A stretch of 57,368 nt of DNA, filler included, from Circinaria calcarea (lineage: Eukaryota): the NCBI GenBank assembly GCA_051942165.1. It is 7 parts of 7 records of this genome, joined end to end, with 100 filler letters (N's around TTAATTAATTAA, not from the genome) between each part and the next. Parts side by side here need not be neighbours in the genome. Positions count along the whole stretch, not along the records: positions 16,432 to 24,545 come from JAVECS010001176.1; positions 24,646 to 32,756 come from JAVECS010001177.1; positions 32,857 to 40,963 come from JAVECS010001178.1; 4 more parts are not named here. One strand, given 5' to 3'. The first letter of the stretch is position 1. Each line of letters opens with the position of its first letter. Positions 23,426 through 36,064 of the stretch are shown piece after piece. The translations under genes were made by a program, and so were the position numbers. The notes beneath the pieces were generated by a model. It had not been told where the DNA came from. It did no database searches and worked only from the letters and a program-made list of their open reading frames with translations.

Positions 23426-23961
23426 ATGGAGAACGGCAGAAATCAAGTAAGTCGATTGTAAAAATCCTCTGCTATCTCTGTTGTTGACGTCTAACAGTGC
23501 ACAGACTGGGGATAGAGTCCACCGATCGAATCTCCACTCTCCAAAGTCGCTCGACCTCTCTGTTGAAGGAAAGCACACGCCGAGTTCTCCCTCCTGGTGC
23601 ACACTTTACATCGTGTTCTCGCTCGGTATCATTTCCCCAGAGCCGTTCAATGAGTAACAGTTAGGCAAGGTCATAATTGAAATCGGTAGGAGAAGGGATT
23701 GCAAGGCTGAGTCTCATTGCTGTGGGAGGGGAACTTCAGAGCATCTACAGAGCTGCAGCAAGTAGTTTCATAGCACTAGAAAACAGTAGATTTCGGTCAA
23801 TGTTTGCCATGTATGCTAACAGCAACTTTGTGTACTCGTGGTCTGTCAATACAATGTAGAGACAGGTCAACAAGATCAACCTCAGCGAACAGCCCACCGT
23901 GAGCGGCATCTCCTTCATTGTCTCATCCACAAAAGCGAACCCTCCTACCTGTTCCGCATTT

Positions 23962-24545
23962 CTACTCCTTCTTCGGCTCCTCCTCCTCGTCTGCGCCTGT
24001 GAGTGCATTCCGTTTGCTGGTGAGACGTTCTTGACGTCTCTCACGTGCAGCCTTCGTCTTATCGCGCTTAGCTTGCATTTCTTCTCGGAGGATACGCTCG
24101 CGGGCAGCTTCGGCTTTGGCTTTGTGAATCTGTGGTACTTGCGTCAGCTCGTCACGGAACTGGCTACTGCCGATAAAGCGGACGAAGGGGAATTGAAGGA
24201 CATACATGTTCAACTAAGGCACGCTTATGTTTGAAAGTGTTACCCTTGCTGAGATGGTAGAGTTCATGGTAGAGGTGCTTGTCGATCTTGCCTGAAGCGC
24301 GGTATTTGACTAGCAGGCGCCGAAGTACACGAAGACGACGCATCCACATAACTTGACTAAATCAACCCTTCACATTAGCATCTTGTCATCGTACCGCCCA
24401 GTTGATATGAAAAGTAAAACCTAAGAACATCTCCAGCAACAGCCGAGCATATCCAACATACCTTGGCATCCTAGCATCGGCCGTACCCTTTCTCTTACCA
24501 AAACCTCGATGTCTCCCAATTCGCCTCGCAGCAGTCAACTCCCTG
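23962..24545 (-). CDS. RPL19: 60S ribosomal protein L19 (eL19), 3' part, truncated by contig end; exons 24545-24462, 24356-24206, 24129-23962
   Basis: [80 protein letters not shown]; canonical GTATGT...YAG introns. Confidence 0.97.
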
Positions 24546-24645
24546 NNNNNNNNNNNNNNNNNNNNNNNNNNNNNNNNNNNNNNNNNNNNTTAATTAATTA
24601 ANNNNNNNNNNNNNNNNNNNNNNNNNNNNNNNNNNNNNNNNNNNN
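24546..24645. other. Artificial contig-joining linker
   Basis: N44-TTAATTAATTAA-N44. Confidence 0.98.
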
Positions 24646-26525
24646 CCCGTTATATACAGCTTGGCTGAACGCTTCATCATCCAAGGTCGTACTCTTCATA
24701 TCGAAATCGCAGTTGATGCACCTCCGAACCGCATCACCGTACCGTTTGCCATTCTCGTCGTATACCACATCAATCAGGCGATTAGCCGTGTGCCACGTCG
24801 TGTGTATATTCGGGCTGCCATCAGAACCCAGGGGATCCTCTGAATCTCTCAGTGATTCGATTGAACGTCCCAAGGAGAGTTCGATGAGGACCACTCCCAG
24901 TGCAAAAAGTGTCTTGTTGCGAGGGCCGAGGAACTTCTCCTGTGGACCTGTTTGCTCCGGTGCTGAGGGAAAGCTTCTGGATACGTAGGCTTGGTTGTGA
25001 AGGCGTCGAGTCGTTCCGTCGTTGATCATGATGTCGTCTTTGGTCCAGTCGTCACGGAGCCATGGGGTTTTGTATAATTGGAGGACGCTGGATGCTATGG
25101 TAAGTCCGAGGCGTAGGCGGTCGCCTCTACTGAAATCGAATTTTGCGGTTGGGATCGCTGGATTCATTAATTGGGACAATGACCTGACAGTGCGTCGATC
25201 AGGAAAGGGAGTGGGCATCTCAGGAAGGTAAACTGCGAGTCGTTGTTTTGCTTGTGTGCATAGATAGCCTAGGCACCGACTGTTGGCTTTACCGTCCGTC
25301 CAATGCTTCATTGCCCAGCAAAGGTTGTCAATTGGGACTAGACCGAGGTCAATTATCTTGGGAAAAGCTGCTGTAAGTCCATTGGAAGGCGTTTGCGGTG
25401 GTGATGGTAGTAGATCAAATCTGACTGATTTTTTTTGTCGGTTAGCCTTGCTGGAAGCTCGAAAGTTCAGTCTGGAGGTTTTCTCTTCTTCTAGCTGGGA
25501 AGGTGCCGAGTGTGGTAGTGAGGTATGGACTGCAATATCTCCCCCTTGGCACGCTATCTGACTATTTCGCATCGGAGTGGAAGGCGGCGTGGTCACAATT
25601 CCTTGCAATGGCTGCGGTAGGGTGGGAGATTGATAATCAAGTAGCCGTATTTCCGTCTCTCGCCATAACCACGGTAAAGCTTGTATCCCGTTGGCATCAA
25701 CTGAAAATACCACCTTGAACTGTAGATGTGAACTCGAAATATGCTTCGTCGCCAAAGGAGCAGTATGATTGCTACATATTCGAGAATCAAGGCATAGATC
25801 AGCGAAATGGGGGAACGCGCATTTACAGGTCCAACTTTGACTGATGACATTGTATAAATTCCGGGCATGTTCTTGGATAGCCTTAAACGAAATAGATGGT
25901 CGTTGACGGCGCTGCCTGGCTGGCTCTAGGGTTAGGTTCTGGCTCGTGAGGTCTGCAAGCATGTCGTTGCCCCTTGTGATCTTCCCGACTAGGTTGTCAT
26001 GGCTTTTCCGTGACAAGCTAAACTTGATCCTTTTGTACTCATGCCTGAACGATTTGTAGTCAGTCCACAATGGCTGTATTTCGGTTCAGTACTCGTAGTC
26101 AGACAGACGAAAAGGACAGATTACGGGGCACTGACCCTCCCTTCCGCGTTGAGTTCTAGTTTTACTTTCATTTCCTCCAGAGCCTCTTTTATATCCGTGA
26201 CTGAATGCAGGTATGGCGCATATGACCTGTGTAGGCGTGCCCTGAGCTTTTCATCAAGCTCATCATCCTTCCACAGCCCACCGCCGGCGTCCTGTATGAG
26301 TCTTTCTAGATCCGGCCCGGCTACCAGGCCGTCGAGCAATAACTCGCACGTATTGAGGAACCGGGCATGTTCTGCTTCTAATGATCGTACGAGACATTGT
26401 ATCTCCTTTTTGAAATGCCACCATTTAACTATAGTACTGATCCCTTCGGCGTAGTGTTCGAGTGCCGATATAACAATTGGGAGGGATCCAAGGACAAGAC
26501 CGGCTGTTTCAATGCCAGTCACCAT
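24646..26525 (-). CDS. HeLo-like N-terminal domain plus C-terminal degenerate kinase-like domain protein; intron 26135-26074; 3' end truncated by contig end
   Basis: MVTGIETAGLVLGSLPIVISALEHY N-terminal helix; RLRLGLTIASSVLQLYKTPWL..W, LFALGVVLIELSLG, YGDAVRRCINCDF (recalled as DUF7580-like, unverified). Confidence 0.8.
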
Positions 26526-26797
26526 CGCTTATGATTCTTGCCAATATATGAAGGGAACTCTAACATGTAGAAGGTATGATTTAAAAGCAGCTGCGCAACA
26601 ATTGAGGATGGTTACCTGATAAGGCTGCATCGGGCTGCTAGACATCTGCATAGAAGACCAGCCAATCGTGGCGGGCCTGCAAATGGATCTCCGCATCCCA
26701 CTGGGGCTCAACCACCGCAGTTATACCATCGGCACGCATTTGCTACACATATATCATACTCTTTTTCCTGGCTTTGGCATAAACCTGATTAAACGTC

Positions 26798-28800
26798 ATG
26801 GCCGATTTTGATACCTCTATCGCACCACTTATCCCTCTCTGTCTGAATTCCTTTCGTGAATTTGCTACCACGCTCGCGGCAAAGGACAGGGAAGATAGTG
26901 CTGCATTACGAAACTCTTTGATAGATCAGAATGGCAGATTTAAGATATGGGCGGGCAATATTGGGGCTCACCAGACCGGGAAATCCAGTTTAGACTACCG
27001 TCTGCGAGATGCAAGTCATATAAGAACTAGAATAGTGCGGTTCTTGAAAGACCTCCAAAAGCAACTTATCGAGGGTGAGTACCATCTCTCCCAATCACTC
27101 TGTCAACAATATGGATACGATGGTCACAATCGAGTGCCCGTATACCTCCCATACATTTCTACGTGTTAACTAAATACAACCAGCCATGGCGATCGTCAAT
27201 GGTGTTAGACCAACCCTAGACGAGCTTGCCACTGAATTAAAAGTCTATGATTCGGACTCGTCTGATGAGAACGATGATTTCCCCAGACCAACCGAGTTGC
27301 AGCAACTTTTCCATGATATAGAGCATATAATCACCTGTTTATATAAAATATCTATAACCATACGAAATCCTACGCCTCATGATAGATACACCAAAGCTCG
27401 CCAAATCGATACATCGTTTTTCGAACCTTATGACATTCAGCATGTAAAGGGGAGATACCCGAATGCTCCCGATTACCTAGCAGTTCGAATCGGCAAGGCC
27501 ATATCATGTCGTCGGCAGTACTTCAAGTACAGGGAGCTTCACAGAGCCAAAATAGCACAAAATCTTGATGGAGAAAATACCGAAACTACGCTCAGCGAAA
27601 CTACTGCTTCTGGTTATGACGAAAAGCCAACAACATTTGCGTACCAGAGATCAGAAACAGCCTCCATATCTGGGATGACGGAAACGTCGTATGCGACATC
27701 GGCAGGGAGCTTAAGGGGTAATAGTGCGCGAATGCCGTCAATGCCAAAAGCCGCCGCTGACGGTCAGTGTTTTGAATGCTCGTATTGCCACATGATAGAT
27801 TCCGTCAAGGATACTCGTGCCTGGAGGAAGCATATCTATATGGATCTCGAACCATATATCTGCACTTTCGATGGCTGCTTGGTTGGGAGCAAGACGTATG
27901 ACAGTCGACGAAAATGGTTTGACCACGAAATTCAGATGCATCGCAGCTCCTGGACCTGCAGTATACACTGCCAGCGAAGCTTCCTGTCTGGTGACGAATT
28001 CATTGCTCATTTACAGCAAGCGTATCCTGGAGAAGTAACAAGCGATCAGGCACCAGGGTTGCTCAAGATGCACGCAAAGAAGGTGGTTAAGGACTCACAG
28101 ATGACCTGTCCACTGTGTAGTGTTTCAGTGTCTGGGCTTACGCGTATTCGAAATCATCTGGCACATCATCTTGAAGGCTTGGCTCTATTCGCCTTGCCGA
28201 ACGACAGTTGCGAAGACGAATCGAACGAAGAGTCTACAAGTATCAGCGATTACTCCTCCGATGTCAATCAACATAGCCTGATCACTAAATCTGAACTGGT
28301 CCATTTACAAAATGATGCACATTCCGACCAGGTTGAGTCGATAGACGGCACTTCCGGACTAGCCATGGAGCTTCAGGGCAGTCCGTCAAGCTCCAAGTTT
28401 CCTTCGATAGATATACTCCCGCTCTCCTCCTCCAGTCAGCCTTCCTCTTTGTCCAACCAGAACATTCCCACTCTTATATCATCCGCTACAGATCATGTCG
28501 CCAACGAGAGCTCTCTTAAGAACATAATTACTTCCTCAGATGAAGATCGATCAAACGTTGGAGCTTTCCGAAATTTCGATCTAAACATGAATAGTATAGA
28601 TAGACGACGGACAAGATATTTATCGCCAAAAGGAGAAAAAAGTGCTTGCGAGATGAGGTGGGTCGGATATTGTGTGGAGTGTCGTCGTAAGAAATGCAAG
28701 GTGAGTTTTTATTAATATATTAATTATATATCCGCTAATACAGCCGAATAAGTGCGCACATCGATTAGAAGAGGAATTCTTACCTCCGAGCCCGACATAG
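26798..28800 (+). CDS. C2H2 zinc-finger protein with conserved RFKIWAGNIGA...SLDYRLRDA N-terminal domain; introns 27075-27183 and 28701-~28752; 3' end decayed
   Basis: FECSYCH, WRKHIYMDLEPYICTFDGC, WFDHEIQMH, WTCSIHC, CPLC...HLAHHLE.LALFALP; late CVECRRKKCK(C) cysteine motif; TAG at 28798 followed by AT-rich stop-ridden sequence. Confidence 0.82.
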
Positions 28801-30360
28801 ACTTATAAAACTCCCTCCATACCGGGTTCGCTGCTTAGATTTGATAAGGCATAATATCTTTTTGCCCTATCATCAAATCCCTTTATATCTGGCGAAGAAC
28901 CTCATCGCAAAACCGTAGCAATATCCTTGGCGAGAAGCTCTTCACGAAAAGCGATGAAGAGTTTCACTAATGACGGTAGATAATATAGAGTTAAGATTAC
29001 CAGTGGTGCTAATTTTAAAGTTCTTTAAGTAGTAATTAAATAAAATGCTTGGTTAAAGAAGCATAATTTTTATGAAGCTAATCGGATCTGATATAGAAAA
29101 CATAAAAAAATCATAGCTTAGGAAACCAAAATGAGTGAGAAATAAAGATCGTCCGATGCTTATGCCACTGACTTTCAACTCTTTGTTTGAACCCCTTTCT
29201 TTTTCGCCTCTCCGCAACCTTATTTTATTGATCAAAACATGTTATAAGACGCTGTTGAATAGCGTTAAAAACTTAACGGAGAAACCGCCGAGAGGGACCC
29301 TATAACTAGGAAATCTGTCGAAGAAGTCTGTATAAAGATTACGGAGGGAATAATAATAATATAAGGCGAAGGCTGAAGAAGAGATAAAAACCGGGGTCCG
29401 GGAATAAACCATGGCTGCTGCCGAAGCAACTATGAAGATAAAAACTTAAAAGGAACGCAGCAGCAGCCTTTCGCGGTCTATTGGTGCAAAAACCAGTTCG
29501 GTTTAAATTACTATGGGGAGGGAATGCATATGCTAGAGGGTTGGAAGGATAGGGCAGATATTTTTACTTATTTAAAAATATCCCGCAGCATCGGTAATAG
29601 GTTTATTAATAAAGCAGGGTGTAAGGGCGCCGCAATCCTTAAAGCCTATTGAGGAATATAATAAATCCCGATTGGTGATAGCACGATTATATAGGGTGTA
29701 GCTGAATTATTGCCCTAGGCTTAATATAAAAGGAGTATATTAAACTCGTTATAATTCTATAAACATGCTATTTTAAAGAGCGGGAATAATTTATTTATAT
29801 AATACTCTGAGCACGCTGAGCATCTTAAGTATTTCCCTACTCACTTCGCTTATTCTACTCATTCGAGCACTCTAAGTATTTAGAGTATTATCCTGCTCTT
29901 TCTATTTACTCTACTCACTTCGTCAAGCGAGTTATACTAGTCTGCTTTGGACTTAATCTCTCAATATGGCGCCAGCGCCATAACACAGAGAGTAGTCGGT
30001 ATATATATTAAATTATAAGTCAGAAGGCACGTAAAGCAATATTACCCGCTCTCGGAACGAACGAGTAGTAATTTATACCGGCCGCCGTATGCTGCTCTTG
30101 AAAGTACAAATCCTAAAAGGCCCCAGCGCAACCCTATACAGCTTTAAACCGCCCTCTTATTTTAACTTTGTATTTCTGCTCTCGTCTTAACTCTGTAAGT
30201 GTAGTATTATGAAATGTTCTTTTCCCAGGCTGTACGGAGTACTATGGCCCTAATTCCGAATTAAAACACTTAACCGAGATAGCGGGATAGTATATATATT
30301 AAGCTAAAATTCGTAATACCGTTGCCGTTTTATGTAAGGTGGGTCTAATAGGCATTAAGC
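28720..30360. other. AT/TpA-rich decayed region (RIP-like), possibly a transposon relic
   Basis: Abrupt rise in AT and TA dinucleotides, no ORFs; repeated CTACTCACTTCG motifs at 29836-29922 ending in ACTAGTCTG. Confidence 0.6.
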
Positions 30361-30528
30361 GTATTGTAGCAAACCAGCATCCTGGGAATCCACATTTCGT
30401 GAGAGCTTAGGCGCCTTAGGCACTTCGTAGGTCTCAGCCTCATTTTCCCCCAATTTTTACATCTAGTCGACGCTTCGCCCTATGGCTCCGTATGAGAAAG
30501 GTCGTCCGTCTGCTACTTCCTTCAAAGT

Positions 30529-32606
30529 ATGGCATCCCTAACCTTCGGTAGCGTCGGAGACATTATTACTATTAGCGGACTTATTGCCAAAGCTATCTCC
30601 GCTCTATCAGAATCGCGAGGCTCGTCCGCCCAGTTTCAGGGTCTCATTCACGAACTCTGGAGCCTAGGGCAAGCTCTCGAGAGTGTGAAATCGTTGATAG
30701 AACGGGGAACGAGCCTCCGGCATCGCGGAAGATTGGGGATCGCTTTGGATCAATGCCGCAGATGCTTGGATCTCTACTTGGGGCGGGTGCAAAAATACTC
30801 GGCTTCCTTGAATATTGGAGGCTCCGGGAACGCTGTTAAGGATGCATTCTGGAAGTTGAGATGGGAGTCACACAAGGTCCCCATCCACCTCTCAAGCGCG
30901 AAGTAACTCGAGCTAAGACTAGTTTCAGGATGATCTGGCAGCGTTTCGGGCAGAAGTCGCATCACATGTGGCGTCGATCGGAACAATCTTGGAAGCTGCC
31001 GGAATCCAGCTGACTCAAGACATTCACCAAGAAACGAAGGCCCAGCTCAATGAGTTCGGGAAGAGGCTCCAAGGTGGACTGGAACAATGTCAGGCGTCAA
31101 GCAAGCGGCAGCAATTGGAGGTACTGGGCGCCTTATCTCAGCAGGACTCTCTCGGTCAGCAAGATCACAAGGCAACGAGAGCACAGATAGAACAGTTGCG
31201 AGTTGCTACGCTCGGGAAACTTGACGAAAACTCGAATTTACTGTTCCAGTTGGATGCCAATGTACAAAATAATGGCTCACGTTTAGCACAGATCCTGGAT
31301 TTCATCCAGAAAGTGAACAGGTACGCTTATATACATCTGTTGGGATTATGGCCTAATGGCGCTCCGATAGTTCCGACTTCGTTGACTTCCACGTCCTTAT
31401 TTACAAGATAGAGCAAGTACTACTTCAGCACAGCATCCCACGACATTTGGAGAAGGCACCGTTGATCTACGAAGACGCACTACTCCGCAAGTTTTCAGTG
31501 GACGTAGAATTTATCCCCTCTTGTAATAGCCACTGCTTATCAAGCTTCCGGATTCCTGGGCTAACACCAGTAAAGTGGAAATTTTCACATATGTCATTGG
31601 CACGCACTTTTCCGGTACTCGCGGCCAGCGGAAGATAGAAAAGATGGAGTATATCTTTGAAGATTCAAAACATCATCAACTTGATTTAAAGTCCATGTGG
31701 ACGAATAACCTACTCTCCGGGAAAATGATGTTCATGCGGGTTACGTTTGACCGCGATGAAACTCCTCAAACCACCTGCCCTGCTTGCCACTCCACGAATG
31801 CCAATGTTAACGTAACTGAGATTGAATGGTGAGTTTGCCGCTGTACGACAGAAAATGGCTGATAGCTCAAAGTCGTAACTGTGGGATACGTTACCAAAGG
31901 ATTGTGGAAATACTCGAGCAGCCTGGAGATCCCAAATCCAGGCAGTCCGTGGACGGCTTCCCGCCGCTGCACAACGAAGACGAGCCAGATTCCTTGACTA
32001 GACTGAGCTCCAAATTGGAAAACGATAGTCTAGCAGATGAGATATGCTTCTTCAAACGAATCAGAATCATAGCGAACGAAGGCGTGAATCCTGAGGAATT
32101 GGCCGTCCAGGCCCTCATCACTCACGGCTTAGCTTCGAATAAACTCGAGGCCATCGCAATGCTCCAAGTAAGCTGCCTTTACTCATCCCGCTAATAACAC
32201 GAGCTGATTCCTTCAGGCTAAAGCAGCACACTCGAGCGAGTCAGTTTCTAGTGGCGATGGTGGAATGTTAGCTGAACGTACGCGGCTAACACAAATGTCG
32301 CCAAATCTCCGCCAGAATGTTATACCAATTTCACAAGGTTCTCCTACGGAAATTCTTCCTGCTATTGTGGTGGAGCCAAGACGACTAATGACTAGGCGCA
32401 CATATGGAAGGGGTATGCAGGCATGGAGGACTCCTACATCTTACACATACACACCTGTTGAACTTTACGAGGTCGGTAGATACCTGATAAAGTGTAGTAG
32501 AATTGGGCGCTATAACACGTCTCCTATTATGAAGGATATAGGGTGCTCCGCTATGCTCCTAAGGTATAGGCAAAGACGCTGTCGAGAAGGGGTAATGGGA
32601 GCCTGA
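30529..32606 (+). CDS. Fungal STAND-type (Helo_like_N/sesA-like) N-terminal domain + coiled coil + ubiquitin-like domain + CxxC...CxxC zinc ribbon; ~6 exons, 3' end approximate
   Basis: MASLTFGSVGDIITISGLIAKAISALSESRGSSAQFQGL..EL.SL..AL; YEDALLRKFSVDVEFIPS.EIF...HF....GQRKI....Y.F.D; TTCPACH...EIECRNCGIRYQRI; GT-AG introns keep the frame. Confidence 0.78.
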
Positions 32607-32756
32607 ATAGTGAAGAATAGGAGGGTATATGGCACGAACTGACTGCTACAGTATAGTACATATATAGGAGAGGTATCGGACGGTATTAGTACTACATTTC
32701 TGACTGCTATTCTGCTATATTATACGTGTATAAAAAGTATATATATATAAGATGCC

Positions 32757-32856
32757 NNNNNNNNNNNNNNNNNNNNNNNNNNNNNNNNNNNNNNNNNNNN
32801 TTAATTAATTAANNNNNNNNNNNNNNNNNNNNNNNNNNNNNNNNNNNNNNNNNNNN
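32757..32856. other. Artificial contig-joining linker
   Basis: N44-TTAATTAATTAA-N44. Confidence 0.98.
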
Positions 32857-33107
32857 CAGAGGGCTCAGGAGGATCAGAGGGTTGAGCCATCTGAGCCACC
32901 TGAGCAACTACAGTATATAGCAGGCTGTTCCCGTTCACTTAGAATAGCATGCTTATAGACCGTGTTCAATAGACTCCATACTATTGAGCCTAGGGCAACA
33001 GTTCAACTACACCCTATGTGACCGTGCTATTACCAATCGAGACTTAACATATTCCTCATTAGGCCTCAAGGATTGCAGCGCCCTTACAGCTAGATTCTTA
33101 TAGCAAT

Positions 33108-33132
33108 AAACCAACCAACCAACCAACCAACC
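33108..33132. repeat. (AACC)n microsatellite in an AT-rich contig end
   Basis: aaccaaccaaccaaccaaccaacc. Confidence 0.85.
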
Positions 33133-33971
33133 CACCACTTAGATTTAACAGCCACCAATCAACCAAGTTACCCTCCATAGCATAGTCCCTCTCTGTATAG
33201 GGTTACATTGGTTATAGTAGGGTTGTGCCTGTAGTGTGGTGTGAGCTATTTCTTCACTCTGCCTTAGCTATGCAGCAGCATAAGGGGAACGAACGGTGCG
33301 AAGACGGAGATGGCTGCCTCAATCCGGAGGGACAGAAATGGTGAGCGAATGGCTTACGTAGGGGTTGAGTCCGCAGAATCGGTGGAAAGGCCGGCATCCC
33401 GTCAGCCGAATCACCCAGCAGGGCCATGAGTTGCAACGGGGCCTATTACAAACATCCATCTGCAAATCCGGCTCGGAATGTTACCGGATCTAGGATATGG
33501 ATCAGCGTGGTGGAAGCACGCAATATGCTTATTGGAGTTCAGGTTGTCACGGCGTGCTTGCAAGGCTCTGATCCTGATGCAGACCTGGCAGCTCTGTTAC
33601 CAAATGCGAGATTTAATGGCGTTGATTTTCCCACAGCAGGACACACTGCACTGGGGAGGCTGGGAATGTTCTCCCCTGCCTCGGGTGCTAAGATACATGC
33701 TTCCGCTGGATCTGCAAATGCGGGAAGCTCAATGGGGGAAGGGATTCATTCTCAAGTGGGATCGAGGAATTGATTGGAAACACGCAAGCAAAGCCCTGGA
33801 TCATGCATAATCCCGTGACTCATCTCTATCGTAGAAAGCCACTGAAAAAGAAAGGAGCTGCGCTATTTGACAGGGGTATTCTCGGTCGTATACGAAATGG
33901 ACTTGGATTTCTGTTTTGGCTAGTTCGGCTAAGACGCAGGAAGAGCTAGTCCAGTACGCGTCCAAGCGGTC

Positions 33972-34878
33972 TCAGACGCCTGTGTAAGACTCGATAAGTG
34001 GCAACAAATAAAGGGAAACCAGCCAGGCGTTGTAGATGCGAAAGGTGGTCCTGTCCTCCACGGTCCTTTTGATTAGAGATCGGAGGCCGATCAATACTCC
34101 TAGGATCGCCGGTGCCAAGTACCCCACGGTTGGTGTTCCCCAGTACATTGGGCAAAGCCAACTCCATCCAACCACTGCGATGGCGATGCTCCACCGCGCT
34201 GGACCGTCGCCGATAATGAGAGGAATGGTTTTCCGGCCAATACTAGAGTCTCCAGGTTGGTCGTACATGTCCTGGGTGTGTACCGTTGTGCATACCACAG
34301 CACCGACCATAAACAGCCAGGGAATCATCCCAGGCTCGATCGAAGATTGCAATGTGACTTCCAAAACTCCGGAAGCAAAACAGGTAAACCCGCATGCGTT
34401 GAGGACGTTGCGTAGCAGCCAATTGACATCCCCCCCCTTTCAGGTCGTTGTATAGATATCCGAAGAGCATCAATAGACCGCATTGAGTAGTCCCTCCACC
34501 GAACATGATGCTGACGAGCAATGCAAACGGGTAAGTAAACAGTGCAAGGCCTCTTGCTTGGACTTCTGTCAATCTTCTTGCCGGTATCTGGCGCCAGGGT
34601 TTGTTCAGCCGATCTTCTTCCAATGCACTGGCATGCCTTTGATTGTTGATAGCGAACGCCAAAAGATTGATCCATGCCCAGAATAAGGTAATAGGTATTC
34701 TCGAAAAGAGTATCAATCCGCTTCTATGGCTCGATTCTGCTCCTGGTTGATTCGCAGCAAGCCTATGGAAGATTGCAAAAGCAGTATTCGGAAACACCAT
34801 AGTTTTTAAATCGCTAACGGTGAAAAGCCAAAGCGTATATAAATGATAAAGCATATTGGTATTTATAATCTCAAACAT
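33972..34878 (-). pseudogene. UbiA-family prenyltransferase / UbiA-type terpene cyclase with +1 frameshift in a G8 run (34430-34437)
   Basis: YHLYTLWLFTVSDLKTMVFP, WINLLAFAINNQ....LEEDRLNKPWRQIPA.RL, YNDLKGG|DVNWLLRNVLNACG, TTVHTQDMYDQPGD..IGRKTIPL.IGD..ARW; removing one G restores a single ORF. Confidence 0.82.
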
Positions 34879-35349
34879 AATTCTAATCTTAAAACTGCGT
34901 CGGAATATTTTTAATTATGAGGAAATCGCAGATGAATAATGGTTCCACCGATTCTTAAAAATTTGGGAATCCCTCAGATATTAGGGGTTATAAGTTCTTA
35001 TGAATGAAACGGTGGCACAGCTTCAGCTGATCCTGCAACCATTATATCAAATATGGATTTACGGTATTATAATTTTTCTAATATTTTTAAATAGCCAAAA
35101 TCGTTATCCCTTTATTTTAACGAAGGCAAGAAAGAAATAGAAAAACTATCTTAAGTTATTAAATAGAAATTGTTAAAGGTTCAGCAGGGAGTGACTTAAG
35201 CAATGCATTGAGACGGTATTGGAAGTGTACGCAATAGTCGGTATATTGTGTACCCTTATATGTAAATTATATGGTTCGCAAAGTGCGAAGCCAAGGGGAA
35301 AACTCTGCAGCCAACGCTAATACTAATACGGGCAATACAGAACTTCTGT

Positions 35350-35740
35350 ATGGCATACGGTATGCTCGGCTCTATATTTAACATATATGCCAATACTAAT
35401 CGGGATACAAACTAAATCCTACGCAGCTTTCTCGTGAGTGGAGGATCTTGGGAAATGCATGACCTTAGGCGCAAAAAATTGTCGAGAAGTTACTCATCCT
35501 CGGAGGCGGATTTTCCATCGCGATATTCAGGACCCAATGCCACATTGCAAGAATACGCGATGCAAACGCTTTGAGAGATTACCTTGTGCAACAAAAACTT
35601 ATCAGAAAGACTTAGAGAACGCATTGCTCGAGGTCACTACGGCTCACAAGGACTTCGAGATCGCAGGAATGCGACGCGATGAAGGCGGTTTGTCTGCCTA
35701 AACTGCGGTAGTCAATTCAAGTCCACTGTTGCGGTTTCAC
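35350..35740 (+). pseudogene. Degenerate C-terminal remnant of a BTB paralog
   Basis: Frame-switching fragments NIYANTNRDTN*ILRSFLV, IVEKLLILGGGFSIAIFRTQ and FVCLNCG resemble HRIYHD...LHDYFL, YLEELLDRGGRFATDVFKVQ and the terminal CxxC of the neighbours. Confidence 0.5.
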
Positions 35741-36064
35741 TGAGAGTATCGATAATCTTTCAGCGATTACTCGAGAGCTGATCAGATCTTCAGGAGTTAC
35801 TTTACTTGGTACTGGGCGTACCTTGGTGCGTACCTTGGTGCGTAACTGCTCGTATTGCCTCTGACAACTTTCCCATGCTACTAGGACTTACTAGAAAGAA
35901 GTCAATGGTTACTCGGAACTCTTAACCATCTTGTTCTCCCTTCTCAAGTGTGTGATCCCGCTTTATTATGTTTTACCTACTAAGTAGCGGAAGACTTGAC
36001 ATGATTTCTCCTCTCAACGTGACGAACCGGCTTCAAGTGTGATAGCTTAGATAGTACGCCCCGA

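Noticed and set aside
23962..26525. Linkage of RPL19 with the HeLo-like gene
   Set aside because: They are separated by an artificial contig junction
33300..33810. ORFs 33426-33773 and 33478-33810 as a partner gene of the UbiA enzyme
   Set aside because: Short, overlapping and without recognisable motifs; cannot be supported
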